DNA of 64,000 bases, taken from the NCBI GenBank assembly GCA_965228735.1, contig OZ245838.1:2560001-2624000 (forward strand). The letters run 5' to 3'. Below the pieces are notes generated by a model. It was not told the origin of the DNA. It did no database searches and was given only the letters and a program-made list of their open reading frames with translations. Below, one piece after another: positions 46,301 to 54,087 of this stretch (position 1 is its first letter; every line of letters starts with the position of its first letter). The stretch comes from Planctomycetota bacterium (GTDB lineage: Bacteria; Planctomycetota; UBA1135; UBA2386). The position numbers and the translations under genes were made by a program.

Positions 46301-46405
46301 CTGCAGGAAAGCGGCATCGAGAAGGCGAGCCTGAGCCTGCACCCCGAGATCGTCGAGATGTGGGAGTCGAGCGACTTCCGGGACGTGCGCCCCCCAGCGA
46401 AGTGA
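43304..46405 (+). CDS. Hanks-type Ser/Thr protein kinase with a TM segment and a TPR-like C-terminal region
   Basis: IGHGGMGAVF, VALKLI, HRDLKPSNILL, DFGLA, YMAPEQ, DVYGLG; TM AALTAIAFVVLVPGPLLFAW. Confidence 0.95.
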   Translation: MTSQPDDPIDALVEACILALEDGNDDAIDDIARANPEFEAAFRERIEQLRAVGLLHRPEPDDLIPERLGEFRLGRQIGHGGMGAVFLARQESLERDVALKLIRPEHVMFAGARDRFRREMLAVARLSHPGIVPILTTGEASGVPYYAMELVHGASLAEVLEELAGEAPAALDGHALRRALTRRMRGHGDSTPIDDAPVFSGSWVQVCCRLLHDVANALAHAHERGVLHRDLKPSNILLTTTGEARLIDFGLAAAEGDRRLTRTGASFGSVPYMAPEQIRGDMQKVDARTDVYGLGVTLYELLTLVLPFGNSASTFERVVQGVVEPTIHHNPHVHPDVDAICLKAMDVDRARRYATAEEFGDDLLAFLEQRSVRARRPSTFLRLRRWAARNPRRAALTAIAFVVLVPGPLLFAWQRHVAAAEVRDALAIAEANMDQALAAVDQMLVRTAEARLAEIPRTAQLREQLLQDAVAFHERLVDLANRAGDTRRARIARARSHWRLGSLQSDLGNLDAGVRLLETARAELGDLLATTASNEGAGARVELITELARCCERLAAGYGLTARPEPGEPALRQATRLYREADALDDDPRWRQGALGAEIALAIAVGRQGRFDDAAVLLSDLEERLADAESTRMPEPARLQLWAQVADSRGMLAARTGDSQDALTFFELAVERLERIPAAEDVDDGGRDPRVYVDLLARLAKMHAQRRQFQRSNEFANRALTEYERLARREPDRPRWLGRTASMLATRASNQRQLGDPADALPDYDRAIRLLVDVVKREPGNPQHRTVLALTHATRADARLGVRDHDGALADFAAATALLEAALEELPDKGMVRSNLMALRGNHAQALVETGDLEGARGLLDVAMGEAETRTDPEGRRHHIELLDRASDLASRTGDNERAEELAEEATERARKLLADRPDDPVRQITFTLMSLNHGIFLAARQRSDEARELWEIALPVARQAAEKVGYGRRLLGLTMLRLALDRWRADDLEGAKEWFVTALQESGIEKASLSLHPEIVEMWESSDFRDVRPPAK

Positions 46406-46409
46406 ACCC

Positions 46410-46526
46410 ATGGCGGTACCGAACCCGTTTCGAATCCGCCACCCTCTCGACCTCAGAACCGCGACTGCTTCAGCGTGTTCCGCAGTGTCGAGCGTGGCGA
46501 ATTCGAAACGGGTTCGGTAGCGCCAT
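46410..46526. repeat. Intact REPIN-like element (33-bp inverted arms) between convergent genes; same family as the intron target
   Basis: 46410..46442 ATGGCGGTACCGAACCCGTTTCGAATCCGCCAC versus the reverse complement of 46494..46526 (2 mismatches). Confidence 0.92.
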
Positions 46527-47548
46527 CACGCGAGGTCGCTGTCGCCGAGCATGTACCACCAGTCGCGCTCGAGAACGTCGGCCGTCAGCGGTGAGCCGGT
46601 GATCAGGTAGACCATGCGCCGCTGCAGCCAGTTGGCCGACGGCGTCTTCTCGAACCCGCGCGCCTCGAGCGCCTGCCATTCGACGGACCACTCCGGGAAC
46701 ACCGTCATCAGCAGTTCTTTCTGCTCCTCGCGGAGGCGGCGCACGGCGATGTGTACGAGCGCGTCGATCGCCTGCTCGTCCCGTTCGCTCACGACCCAGT
46801 CCGCGATCGTCGCGCTGTCGGGGGCGAGGCCCATCGTCGGCTTGAGGACGACGAAGCCGACGAGCTTGCCCGTATCCGTCCGCCGCGCGGTCCAGAACTC
46901 GTAGTCGTCGCGCTGCGGGTTCTGTCGGTAGCGCCAGTCGAGGTAGCGGTAGTCGCGCCGCAGCAGGAGCCGTTTCTCGCTGCGCATCACGTCGTAGAGG
47001 CCGCCGATGTCGGGCGGGATCACGTCGACGCGTTCGATCCGGATGCCTTCCGGCGCCGGGTGTTCGCCCGCCTTGGCGTTGCGGATCAGATAATCGATGT
47101 CACGCAGGAAGTGATACTCGAGGTAACGCTTGCCGATGCGGAACGCCGCGTCGACCGGGAAGCCGTAGAGCACGGCGTCCGAGATCCGGCGGCTGTGCGC
47201 CGAGAACGGCCAGCCCGTGATCACGAAGATGCCCGGGCGCTTCAGCCCCTTGCGCCACGCGGGGTGCGTCATCGAGTCGACGCAGTGGATGAAGCGCTGT
47301 TCGCCGAACGGCGTGTCGGCGAGCACGGGCACGCCCGCGTATTGCGACACCACGGTCCCGTCCGGCGCCACCGCGAGCGAGATGCGGTGGCCCATCGGGT
47401 TCATGTGATACTGCCAGCGCCACTGCGTCATCGTGCGGTCGACGAAGTCGTCGCCGCAGACCTCGCGGAACACGAGGTTGAACGTCGCGAGAATCTGGTC
47501 TTCGTCGCCCGGCCGATACGGGCGGATCGTGAGATCTTCCTGGCTCAT
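46526..47548 (-). CDS. GNAT-family acyltransferase (tandem GNAT fold)
   Basis: IRPYRPGDE..I...FN.VF, WRWQY..NP, DSMTHPAWRK, LYGFP, RRDYRYLDWRY, YMLGDSD. Confidence 0.85.
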   Translation of the reverse strand: MSQEDLTIRPYRPGDEDQILATFNLVFREVCGDDFVDRTMTQWRWQYHMNPMGHRISLAVAPDGTVVSQYAGVPVLADTPFGEQRFIHCVDSMTHPAWRKGLKRPGIFVITGWPFSAHSRRISDAVLYGFPVDAAFRIGKRYLEYHFLRDIDYLIRNAKAGEHPAPEGIRIERVDVIPPDIGGLYDVMRSEKRLLLRRDYRYLDWRYRQNPQRDDYEFWTARRTDTGKLVGFVVLKPTMGLAPDSATIADWVVSERDEQAIDALVHIAVRRLREEQKELLMTVFPEWSVEWQALEARGFEKTPSANWLQRRMVYLITGSPLTADVLERDWWYMLGDSDLA

Positions 47549-48393
47549 AGCCGACCGCAGAAGTCGGTCACCACGGCTTCGAGCGTCGCCGCTGCAGCGG
47601 CGCCGGCCTCGACCACTTCGTCGTGCGACAGCGGCACGGCGCTACGACCGGCGGCGAGGTTCGTGATCAGCGAGAGGCCGGCGAGTTCGGCCCCCATCGC
47701 GTTGAGCGCAATCGCTTCGTGCACGGTGCTCATACCGACTGCATCGGCACCGAACGCGCGGCACATGCGCACTTCTGCCGGCGTCTCGTAGGACGGGCCG
47801 AGCAGCCCCGCGTAGACGCCGCTCCCGAGCTTCGCGCCGTGCCGGCTCGCGCACTCCCGCAACAGGTCGCCGAGTGCCGTGCTGTAGACCGAGCTCTGGT
47901 CGGGGAAGCGCGGGCCGAACGCTTCCACGTGATCCCCGAGCAGCGGCGAACTGCCCGTGAGGTTGAGGTGATCCGTGATCACCATCAGGTCGCCGGCAGC
48001 CATGCCGTCGGCCGCGCCGCCGGCCGCGTTCGTGAGCAAGAACCGCGGCACCCCGAGCCGCCGCAGCGTGCGCACGACGCGCACGACCTCGTTCGGCGAC
48101 CAGCCCTCGTAGAGATGCACGCGCCCGCTCAGGCAGGCGACCGGCACCCCGGCGAGCCGCCCCAGAACGAGCGCGCCGCCGTGGCCCTCGACTTTGGGGC
48201 TGGGCCAGCCCGCCACGTCGCCGAACGGGATCTCGATCGCGTCCTCGACGCGCGCCGCCAGCCCCTTGAGGCCGCTGCCGAGCACGATCGCGATCCGCAG
48301 ATCCGCGAGGCGTTCGCCCGCGCGCTCGCGCAGGGCACTCACGGCCTGATCGACGAGAACGAGCTCGTCGGCAGAGGATTCGCTAGCGGACAA
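47545..48393 (-). CDS. punA: Purine-nucleoside phosphorylase (trimeric type)
   Basis: IVLGSGL, VEGHGG.L, GRVHLYEG, LTNAAGG, GPRFPD, GPSYETPAE, GADAVGMST..E, ITNLAAG..LSHDEV. Confidence 0.95.
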   Translation of the reverse strand: MSASESSADELVLVDQAVSALRERAGERLADLRIAIVLGSGLKGLAARVEDAIEIPFGDVAGWPSPKVEGHGGALVLGRLAGVPVACLSGRVHLYEGWSPNEVVRVVRTLRRLGVPRFLLTNAAGGAADGMAAGDLMVITDHLNLTGSSPLLGDHVEAFGPRFPDQSSVYSTALGDLLRECASRHGAKLGSGVYAGLLGPSYETPAEVRMCRAFGADAVGMSTVHEAIALNAMGAELAGLSLITNLAAGRSAVPLSHDEVVEAGAAAAATLEAVVTDFCGRL

Positions 48394-50167
48394 CGGGCAC
48401 CTCGATGCGAACGGTCGCGGTATCGGTCGCGGTCACTCCCCCGGCGCGCACCTGCACCTCGAACTCGAGCTCGATCGGGGCCGCAGCCGCCGGCGCGGTG
48501 AACGAAGCGCGGACCGTCGAAGCGTCGCGCAGCTCGACGCGCGGGCCGCCGACCTGCCGCCAGCTCCAGGCCACCTCACCCGCGCCGGTCTGCGATCTGC
48601 CGGCGTCGAGGATCACGGTCGAACCGGGCCCGACCTTCTGGTCCGAGCCGGCATCGGCGAGCGGCGGCGACACCGTCACGGACGCGGTGTCGACCACCGG
48701 CTCGCTCCCGTCGCTCCACGTCGCCTCGAACGTGAGCACGTGCGCGCCCGCGACGTCCGGCGCCCGGAACGTCGGCCGCGCGCCGTCCGCCCCGGCGAGC
48801 GCCACCTGGATCCCGCCGATCTGGCGCCACGCGTGACTCGTCGCGCCGGGCATCGCTGCCGGGTCTCCGAGCGTGACCTCGACGCCACCGACCACGGCCT
48901 GATCCGCGCCGGCGATACGCGGCGACGCGTGCCCGATCATCAGCACGCCGGCGACGCAGGCCGTCATGCACGTCGCCAGCGCCCCGGCGAACATCGCGCG
49001 CAGACCGATCCGCGCGAGATCGCTGCGACGCTCGGGCGCCATCGCGCCGAGCCCGCCGATCTGGATCGCGACGCCGCCGAAGCTCGCGAACCCGCAGAGC
49101 GCGAAGCTCGCGATCATCTTCGTTCGCGGCGAGACCTCGCCGGCCGTGACCATCTCACCGAGGTTGCTGTAGGCCACGAGCTCGGTGGCCACGAGCTTGG
49201 TGCCGATGAGCTGCGCGAGCACGTTGATCTCTTCGCCGGGAACCCCCATCAGCGCCGCGATCGGCCAGAACAGCCAACCGAGCAGCTCCTCGATCGTGAG
49301 CGTGCCCGGGAAGATGCCGAGCGCCGCGTTGATCACCGCGATCAGCGCGAGGAACGCGATCAGCATGCCGCCGACGTTGAGCGCGAGCTTGAGCCCATCG
49401 GACGCGCCACCGGCCGCTGCCTCGACGGTGTTGCTGTACGGCGACTTCTCGGTCCGCGCGACCGTGCCCATCGTCTCGCTCTGCTCCGTCTCCGGCCAGA
49501 GCAGCTTGCTGCAGACGAGACCGGCCGGCACGGCCATGACGCTCGCGACCATGAGGTGGCCCGCGATCTCGGCGCGCGCGACCGGGTCGTCGCCGCCGAC
49601 GAACTGCACGTAGAGCGCGAACACGCCGCCCGCGATCGTGCAGAAGCCGCCGACCATCACGGTGTGCAGCTCGCTCATCGTCATGTTCTTGAGGAACGGC
49701 TTCACGAGCAGCGGCGCCTCGGTCTGGCCGACGAAGACGTTCGCGCACGCGGACAGCGATTCGCTGCCCGACGTGCCGAGCACGCGCACCATGACCCACG
49801 CCATGCCGCGCACGACGAGCTGCATCACGCCGAGGTGATAGAGCACGGCCATGAAGCTGCTGAAGAAGATCAGCGTCGGCAGGATCTGGAACGCGAACAC
49901 GAAGCCGAGGTCGTTGTTCCCCGTCGCGAGCGGACCGAACACGAACTCGCTGCCGGCCTGGCCGAGCTGCAAGAACCAGTCGAAGCCGCGCCCGACCGCC
50001 TGCAACGCCGCGTTGCCGCCGCTCCAGAACAGGAACGTCACCCCAAACAGCGCCTGCAGCAGAACGCCCACGCCAACGAGCCGCCAGGAGATCGCGCGCC
50101 GGTCCCGCGAGAGCAGGAAACAGATCGCGAGGATGGCGACGATTCCGATCACCGAGACGAACCGCAT
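48383..50167 (-). CDS. nupC: Concentrative nucleoside transporter NupC/CNT fused to two C-terminal PKD-like domains
   Basis: FAFQILPTLIFFSS, GSESLSACANVFVGQTEAPL, GGFCTIAGG, FALCGFASFGG..IQIGG; C-terminal ADAGSDQKV..VILDAGRS..WSWRQVGGP...SFTAP, in two related copies. Confidence 0.93.
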   Translation of the reverse strand: MRFVSVIGIVAILAICFLLSRDRRAISWRLVGVGVLLQALFGVTFLFWSGGNAALQAVGRGFDWFLQLGQAGSEFVFGPLATGNNDLGFVFAFQILPTLIFFSSFMAVLYHLGVMQLVVRGMAWVMVRVLGTSGSESLSACANVFVGQTEAPLLVKPFLKNMTMSELHTVMVGGFCTIAGGVFALYVQFVGGDDPVARAEIAGHLMVASVMAVPAGLVCSKLLWPETEQSETMGTVARTEKSPYSNTVEAAAGGASDGLKLALNVGGMLIAFLALIAVINAALGIFPGTLTIEELLGWLFWPIAALMGVPGEEINVLAQLIGTKLVATELVAYSNLGEMVTAGEVSPRTKMIASFALCGFASFGGVAIQIGGLGAMAPERRSDLARIGLRAMFAGALATCMTACVAGVLMIGHASPRIAGADQAVVGGVEVTLGDPAAMPGATSHAWRQIGGIQVALAGADGARPTFRAPDVAGAHVLTFEATWSDGSEPVVDTASVTVSPPLADAGSDQKVGPGSTVILDAGRSQTGAGEVAWSWRQVGGPRVELRDASTVRASFTAPAAAAPIELEFEVQVRAGGVTATDTATVRIEVPVVR

Positions 50168-50264
50168 CGCCGCGGGACTCTATCCGCCGGCACTGCTTGA
50201 CGCCCCCACGGATCTGGCCGAGCATCGCGGGGTCGACCACACCTCGCCCGACCGTAGACCAACC

Positions 50265-51437
50265 ATGATCCGCGTTCCCCACCCCGTTCTTTCCCTCCTG
50301 GCAGTGGCCGCCACGTTCGCTGCCGCCGCCGCCGCCCAGGGCTGCGCGACCGCGTCGGACACCTGGTGGCAACGCGACCGCCTGCCGCAGTCGCCGCAGA
50401 ACCCGACCGGGGTGAGCGTGATCCAGGGCCTCGACGAGGGCGAGAGCATCGGCGTCGTATTCGAGATGCCGGCCACCATGGCGCCGCAGCTCGTGACCCA
50501 GGTCGTCGCGCCCTGGGGTGCCACGGGCGGCATCCCGGGCTTCCAGGCGCTGCTCGACCTCGAGGTCTACGACGGCGTGAGCTTCGCCGGCGGCGCGGTC
50601 AACATGGGCAACCTCGTGTTCAGCCTGTCGCAGAACGCGGCGGCCAACATGCAGGTCCAGAGCCACGGCCTCAACGTGCTCGACACGAGCTCGTTCGGCA
50701 TCGTCGTCGGCACTGCGCCGCCGAACGGCACGCCCGCGATGCGGCGCTTCGCGATCTGCTTCACGGTCGACATCAACCTGCACCCGACGGGCTCGTGCCA
50801 GACCGGCTGGGCTGCGAACTTCTTCACCGACAACAGCTCGTTCAACATCTTCTGCGACCCGGTCGTCACGCCGCCACGAACCAGCCTGCTCCGGTATCGC
50901 AACGGCTGCGGCGGCGCCAACCTCGGATGGCACGATGTCACGACGGCGACGGTGTCGGGCATCCCGCTGTGCGGTCCCTACTACCAGGGCATCTGGGCCA
51001 TCCGCTGCTGCACGCGCGACGCATTCCCCGCGTCGTACGCGACGTTCGGCGTCGGGTGCGCGGGCACGATGCCGGTGAGCACGCTGCAGCCCGTCGGCCT
51101 GCCTCGCATCGGCACCACGATGAACGTGATCGTGAACAACCTGCCCGACAACGTCTGCCTGTGGCTCACGGGCTTCAGCAACACGTCGTCGTCACTCGGC
51201 CCGCTGCCGTTCAGCCTCGGCCCGCTCGGCGCCGTCGGCTGCGATCTGCGCGTGAGCCCGGACTCGACGCAGCTGCTGTTCGCGAACAACAACGTCACGC
51301 TCACGAGCCTCACGCTGCCGAACGTGCCGGGCCTAATCGGCCTGCCGCTCTACCAGCAGGCGCTCGCCTCCGACACCGCGGGCAACGCGCTCGGCGCCGT
51401 CGCGTCCGACGCGGCGGCCGGCGTCGTCGGCCAGTAG
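50265..51437 (+). CDS. Secreted Cys-containing hypothetical protein with a distinct C-terminal domain
   Basis: Signal peptide ...AATFAAAAAAQ; C-terminal ~125 aa FGVGCAG...PRIG...LGPLGAVGCDLRVSPD...LYQQAL. Confidence 0.8.
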   Translation: MIRVPHPVLSLLAVAATFAAAAAAQGCATASDTWWQRDRLPQSPQNPTGVSVIQGLDEGESIGVVFEMPATMAPQLVTQVVAPWGATGGIPGFQALLDLEVYDGVSFAGGAVNMGNLVFSLSQNAAANMQVQSHGLNVLDTSSFGIVVGTAPPNGTPAMRRFAICFTVDINLHPTGSCQTGWAANFFTDNSSFNIFCDPVVTPPRTSLLRYRNGCGGANLGWHDVTTATVSGIPLCGPYYQGIWAIRCCTRDAFPASYATFGVGCAGTMPVSTLQPVGLPRIGTTMNVIVNNLPDNVCLWLTGFSNTSSSLGPLPFSLGPLGAVGCDLRVSPDSTQLLFANNNVTLTSLTLPNVPGLIGLPLYQQALASDTAGNALGAVASDAAAGVVGQ

Positions 51438-51451
51438 CGAGAACCACGATC

Positions 51452-52255
51452 TTGCGCGACGACCCGCAGCACGGCGCAGCGAAGCGGCGACTCGCCGACG
51501 GCCGCGACGACCTGCTCGTGCAGGAAGAGCCGCTGCTGCTCGTCATCGGCGACCACCAGCTGCTCACGATGCGCACGCCGGGCCGCGACGAGGACCTCGC
51601 GCGCGGCTTCCTGCTCGCGGAGGGGATCGTGCGAACGACAGCCGATGTCACGGCGATGCGCGCCGTCCCCGGCGACCGCGAAGCGCAGCGCGCCGACGAG
51701 CTGCACGTGACGCTCAGAGAGGCGCCCGCCGGTCTCGCGAGCGCCCGCCTCGCGCGCACGCACGAGATCCGCAGTTCGTGCGGCGTCTGCGGCGTCGCCG
51801 ATCCCGCAGCACTGCTCGACGATACGCCGCCGCTGCTACCCGGCATCCCGCGCATCGAGCGCGCCACGCTCACCGGGCTCGTCGCCGAGCTGCGCCGTCG
51901 CCAGCCGTTGTTCGAGAGCACGGGCGGCAGCCACGGCGCGCTGCTCGCCGACATCACCGGCACCGTGCTCGCGACCGGCGAGGACGTCGGCCGCCACAAC
52001 GCGCTCGACAAGGCCATCGGCCAGGCCGCGGCGAGCGGCGCCGACCTCTCCCACGCCGTCGCGCTGCTCTCCGGCCGCGCGGGCTTCGACCTCGTGATCA
52101 AGTGCCTGCGCGTGCAGCTCCCGATCATCGTGTCGGTCTCGGCCCCGAGCGCGCTGTCGTTCGACCTCTGCCACGCCGCCGGCGCGACGCTCATCGGCTT
52201 CGCGCGCGAGGATCGGCTCGAGATCTACTGCGGCCCGAGCCGGGTCGTCGACTGA
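51452..52255 (+). CDS. fdhD: Formate dehydrogenase accessory sulfurtransferase FdhD
   Basis: EEPL, TMRTPG.DEDLARGFLLAEG, SSCGVCG, QPLFESTGGSHG, EDVGRHNALDK, SGRAGF; TTG start is tentative. Confidence 0.94.
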   Translation: MRDDPQHGAAKRRLADGRDDLLVQEEPLLLVIGDHQLLTMRTPGRDEDLARGFLLAEGIVRTTADVTAMRAVPGDREAQRADELHVTLREAPAGLASARLARTHEIRSSCGVCGVADPAALLDDTPPLLPGIPRIERATLTGLVAELRRRQPLFESTGGSHGALLADITGTVLATGEDVGRHNALDKAIGQAAASGADLSHAVALLSGRAGFDLVIKCLRVQLPIIVSVSAPSALSFDLCHAAGATLIGFAREDRLEIYCGPSRVVD

Positions 52256-52262
52256 GTTCGTC

Positions 52263-52946
52263 TCAGCCCACGGCCACGCGCACCACGATCGCGCCGTCGT
52301 CCGTCATGCCGTCCTCGACGGCCTCGGTGCGGATCGCCGCGAGCTCGGCGCGTTCTTCGGCCGTCGCGAGTTCCAGGTGCTCTGCGCTCTCGGCGTCGAA
52401 CCAGTCGAGGTCGACCGGGGCGAGGTGGAGCCAGTGGCGGAACTCGAGGCGGGCCATCGGCACGTTCGGCAGCGCGGCGACGAAGTCGGCGACCGTCAGG
52501 GTGTCATTGTGCACGCGGCCCTGGCGGCGGTCGATGATCTTGAACCAGCGGTCCCAGCGCTGCATGAGCCGCTGCGATGCGAGGCTCTCGTCGTACCACG
52601 GATCGAGCAGCCAGACCGCGCGGCGCGCGACGCGCTGCGCTTCGGCGAGATGCAACGCGAGGTCGGCGAAGTGATGGGCGCAGAACTCGCTCGCGACGAC
52701 GTCGAACGTGTCGTCCGGGAACGGCAGGCGCTCGCCCTCGACGAGCTGCGCCTCGTAGCCGCGATCGCGCAGCTCGGTGACGTGCGTCGCGTCGGCCTCG
52801 ACGCCGGTCGTCGCCACGCCGGCCTTCACGAGGTGCTGCAGCATCGAACCCGTGCCGCACCCGACGTCGAGCACGGAGTCCGGGCGGTCACCGAGCAGCA
52901 GCTGGCGAAAGTCCGCGCGGTATCGACGCTGGGGACGCGCGTTCAC
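52263..52946 (-). CDS. Class I SAM-dependent methyltransferase
   Basis: VLDVGCGTG, LPFPDDTFDVV, HHFAD; GTG overlaps the FGE stop. Confidence 0.88.
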   Translation of the reverse strand: MNARPQRRYRADFRQLLLGDRPDSVLDVGCGTGSMLQHLVKAGVATTGVEADATHVTELRDRGYEAQLVEGERLPFPDDTFDVVASEFCAHHFADLALHLAEAQRVARRAVWLLDPWYDESLASQRLMQRWDRWFKIIDRRQGRVHNDTLTVADFVAALPNVPMARLEFRHWLHLAPVDLDWFDAESAEHLELATAEERAELAAIRTEAVEDGMTDDGAIVVRVAVG

Positions 52947-53983
52947 TTTGCCGCCGGAGGAGGCGCATCCGACACGCAGCGGAAGCCCGTGTGACAGAGC
53001 GACGTATCGGGCGTCGACTTCATCCGCGTGCCGGGCAGGTAGCCGAGGCAGTAGACGTCGCTGCAGAGGAACGACCCGCCCCGCATCACGTGCTTGGTCG
53101 CGCCGGGCTCCTGCGGGTCGAAGCTCTGGCGCGGGCCCTGCGGGTTCTTCGCGAGGCGCGTGGGATCGCCGTAGCCGCGCGGGTGGTAGAGGTCGCTGCA
53201 CCACTCCCAGACGTTGCCCGACATGTCGACGAGGCCGTAGCCGTTGGGCGCGAACGTCCCGACGGGTGCCGTGGTGGCGAAACCATCCTGCTCGAGGTTC
53301 TCGCGCGGGAACGTGCCCTGCCAGATGTTGACGCGCCAGCCGCCGGCACCGGGCGACTCGTCACCCCAGACGTAGCGTTGCTGGTCGAGCCCACCGCGCG
53401 CGGCGAACTCCCACTCGGCCTCGGTCGGCAGCCGCTTGCCTGCCCACTCGCAGTAACGCTGCGCGTCGCGGAAGCTCACGTGCACGACAGGGTGATCGTC
53501 GCGCCCGTCGATCGACGAGCCCGGCCCCTCGGGACAGCGCCAGTTCGCTCCCGGCACGAAGCTCCACCAGCGCCAGAACTCGCGCAGGTCGACCGCCGCG
53601 GGCGGCGGCAGGAACACGAGCGAGCCCGCGACGAGCGACTCCGCGGGCACGCCCGGAAGCTCGGCGGCCGTGGGCGTGCGCTCCGCGTCCGTCACGTAGC
53701 CCGTCGCCTGGACGAAGCGCGCGAACTCGGCGTTGGTCACCTCGGTCCGATCGATCCAGAAGCCGTCGAGCTCGACCTCGTGCAGCGGCGCGTCGATGTC
53801 GCCCTCCTGGCTGCCGAGCGTCGCGCGGCCACCGGCGATCCAGACCATCCCGGCGGGAGCCGCGGTCGGCTGACCGGCTGCGCCACCCGGGTCCGCGGGC
53901 GACGCCTCCGCCGACCCGCACGCAGCCAGCGCGCCCACGACGAGCAGGACGACGATGAACACGGGGCGATGGCGGCGGAGCAT
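52943..53983 (-). CDS. Formylglycine-generating enzyme family lipoprotein
   Basis: ALAA-C lipobox; EVTNAEF, HPVVHVS..DA..YC.WAGKRLPTEAEWEFAARGG, DMSGNVWEW, RGGSFLCSDVYC, HTGFRCV. Confidence 0.93.
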   Translation of the reverse strand: MLRRHRPVFIVVLLVVGALAACGSAEASPADPGGAAGQPTAAPAGMVWIAGGRATLGSQEGDIDAPLHEVELDGFWIDRTEVTNAEFARFVQATGYVTDAERTPTAAELPGVPAESLVAGSLVFLPPPAAVDLREFWRWWSFVPGANWRCPEGPGSSIDGRDDHPVVHVSFRDAQRYCEWAGKRLPTEAEWEFAARGGLDQQRYVWGDESPGAGGWRVNIWQGTFPRENLEQDGFATTAPVGTFAPNGYGLVDMSGNVWEWCSDLYHPRGYGDPTRLAKNPQGPRQSFDPQEPGATKHVMRGGSFLCSDVYCLGYLPGTRMKSTPDTSLCHTGFRCVSDAPPPAAK

Positions 53984-53991
53984 CGCACGCG

Positions 53992-54000
53992 AGTGTACCA
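53992..54000 (-). promoter_or_regulatory. Putative extended -10 promoter element (TGGTACACT) 8 nt upstream of the FGE start codon
   Basis: TGn-TACACT on the minus strand; no Shine-Dalgarno between it and the ATG. Confidence 0.5.
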
Positions 54001-54041
54001 CCTTCACCGGCCACGCCCGAACGCCCTGACCGAACCCCGGA

Positions 54042-54087
54042 CAGAACGACGGCCAGAACGACGAACAGAACGACGAACAGAACGGCG
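54042..54087. repeat. 12-nt intergenic tandem repeat (CAGAACGACGAA) x~4
   Basis: CAGAACGACGGC CAGAACGACGAA CAGAACGACGAA CAGAACGGCG. Confidence 0.85.

Noticed and set aside
51452..52255. Formate dehydrogenase locus
   Set aside because: Only fdhD is present; no fdh structural or molybdopterin genes in the window
20079..53983. Diversity-generating retroelement hypothesis (RT plus an FGE/C-type-lectin-fold gene, or the paralog pair as TR/VR)
   Set aside because: The RT lies within a complete group II ribozyme; I saw no template/variable repeat pair with adenine-specific mismatches; the FGE keeps its catalytic Cys motif; paralog differences are spread over the whole genes
54042..54087. Short repeats as a CRISPR array
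   Set aside because: Contiguous 12-nt units with no spacers; no CRISPR-like array seen anywhere in the window
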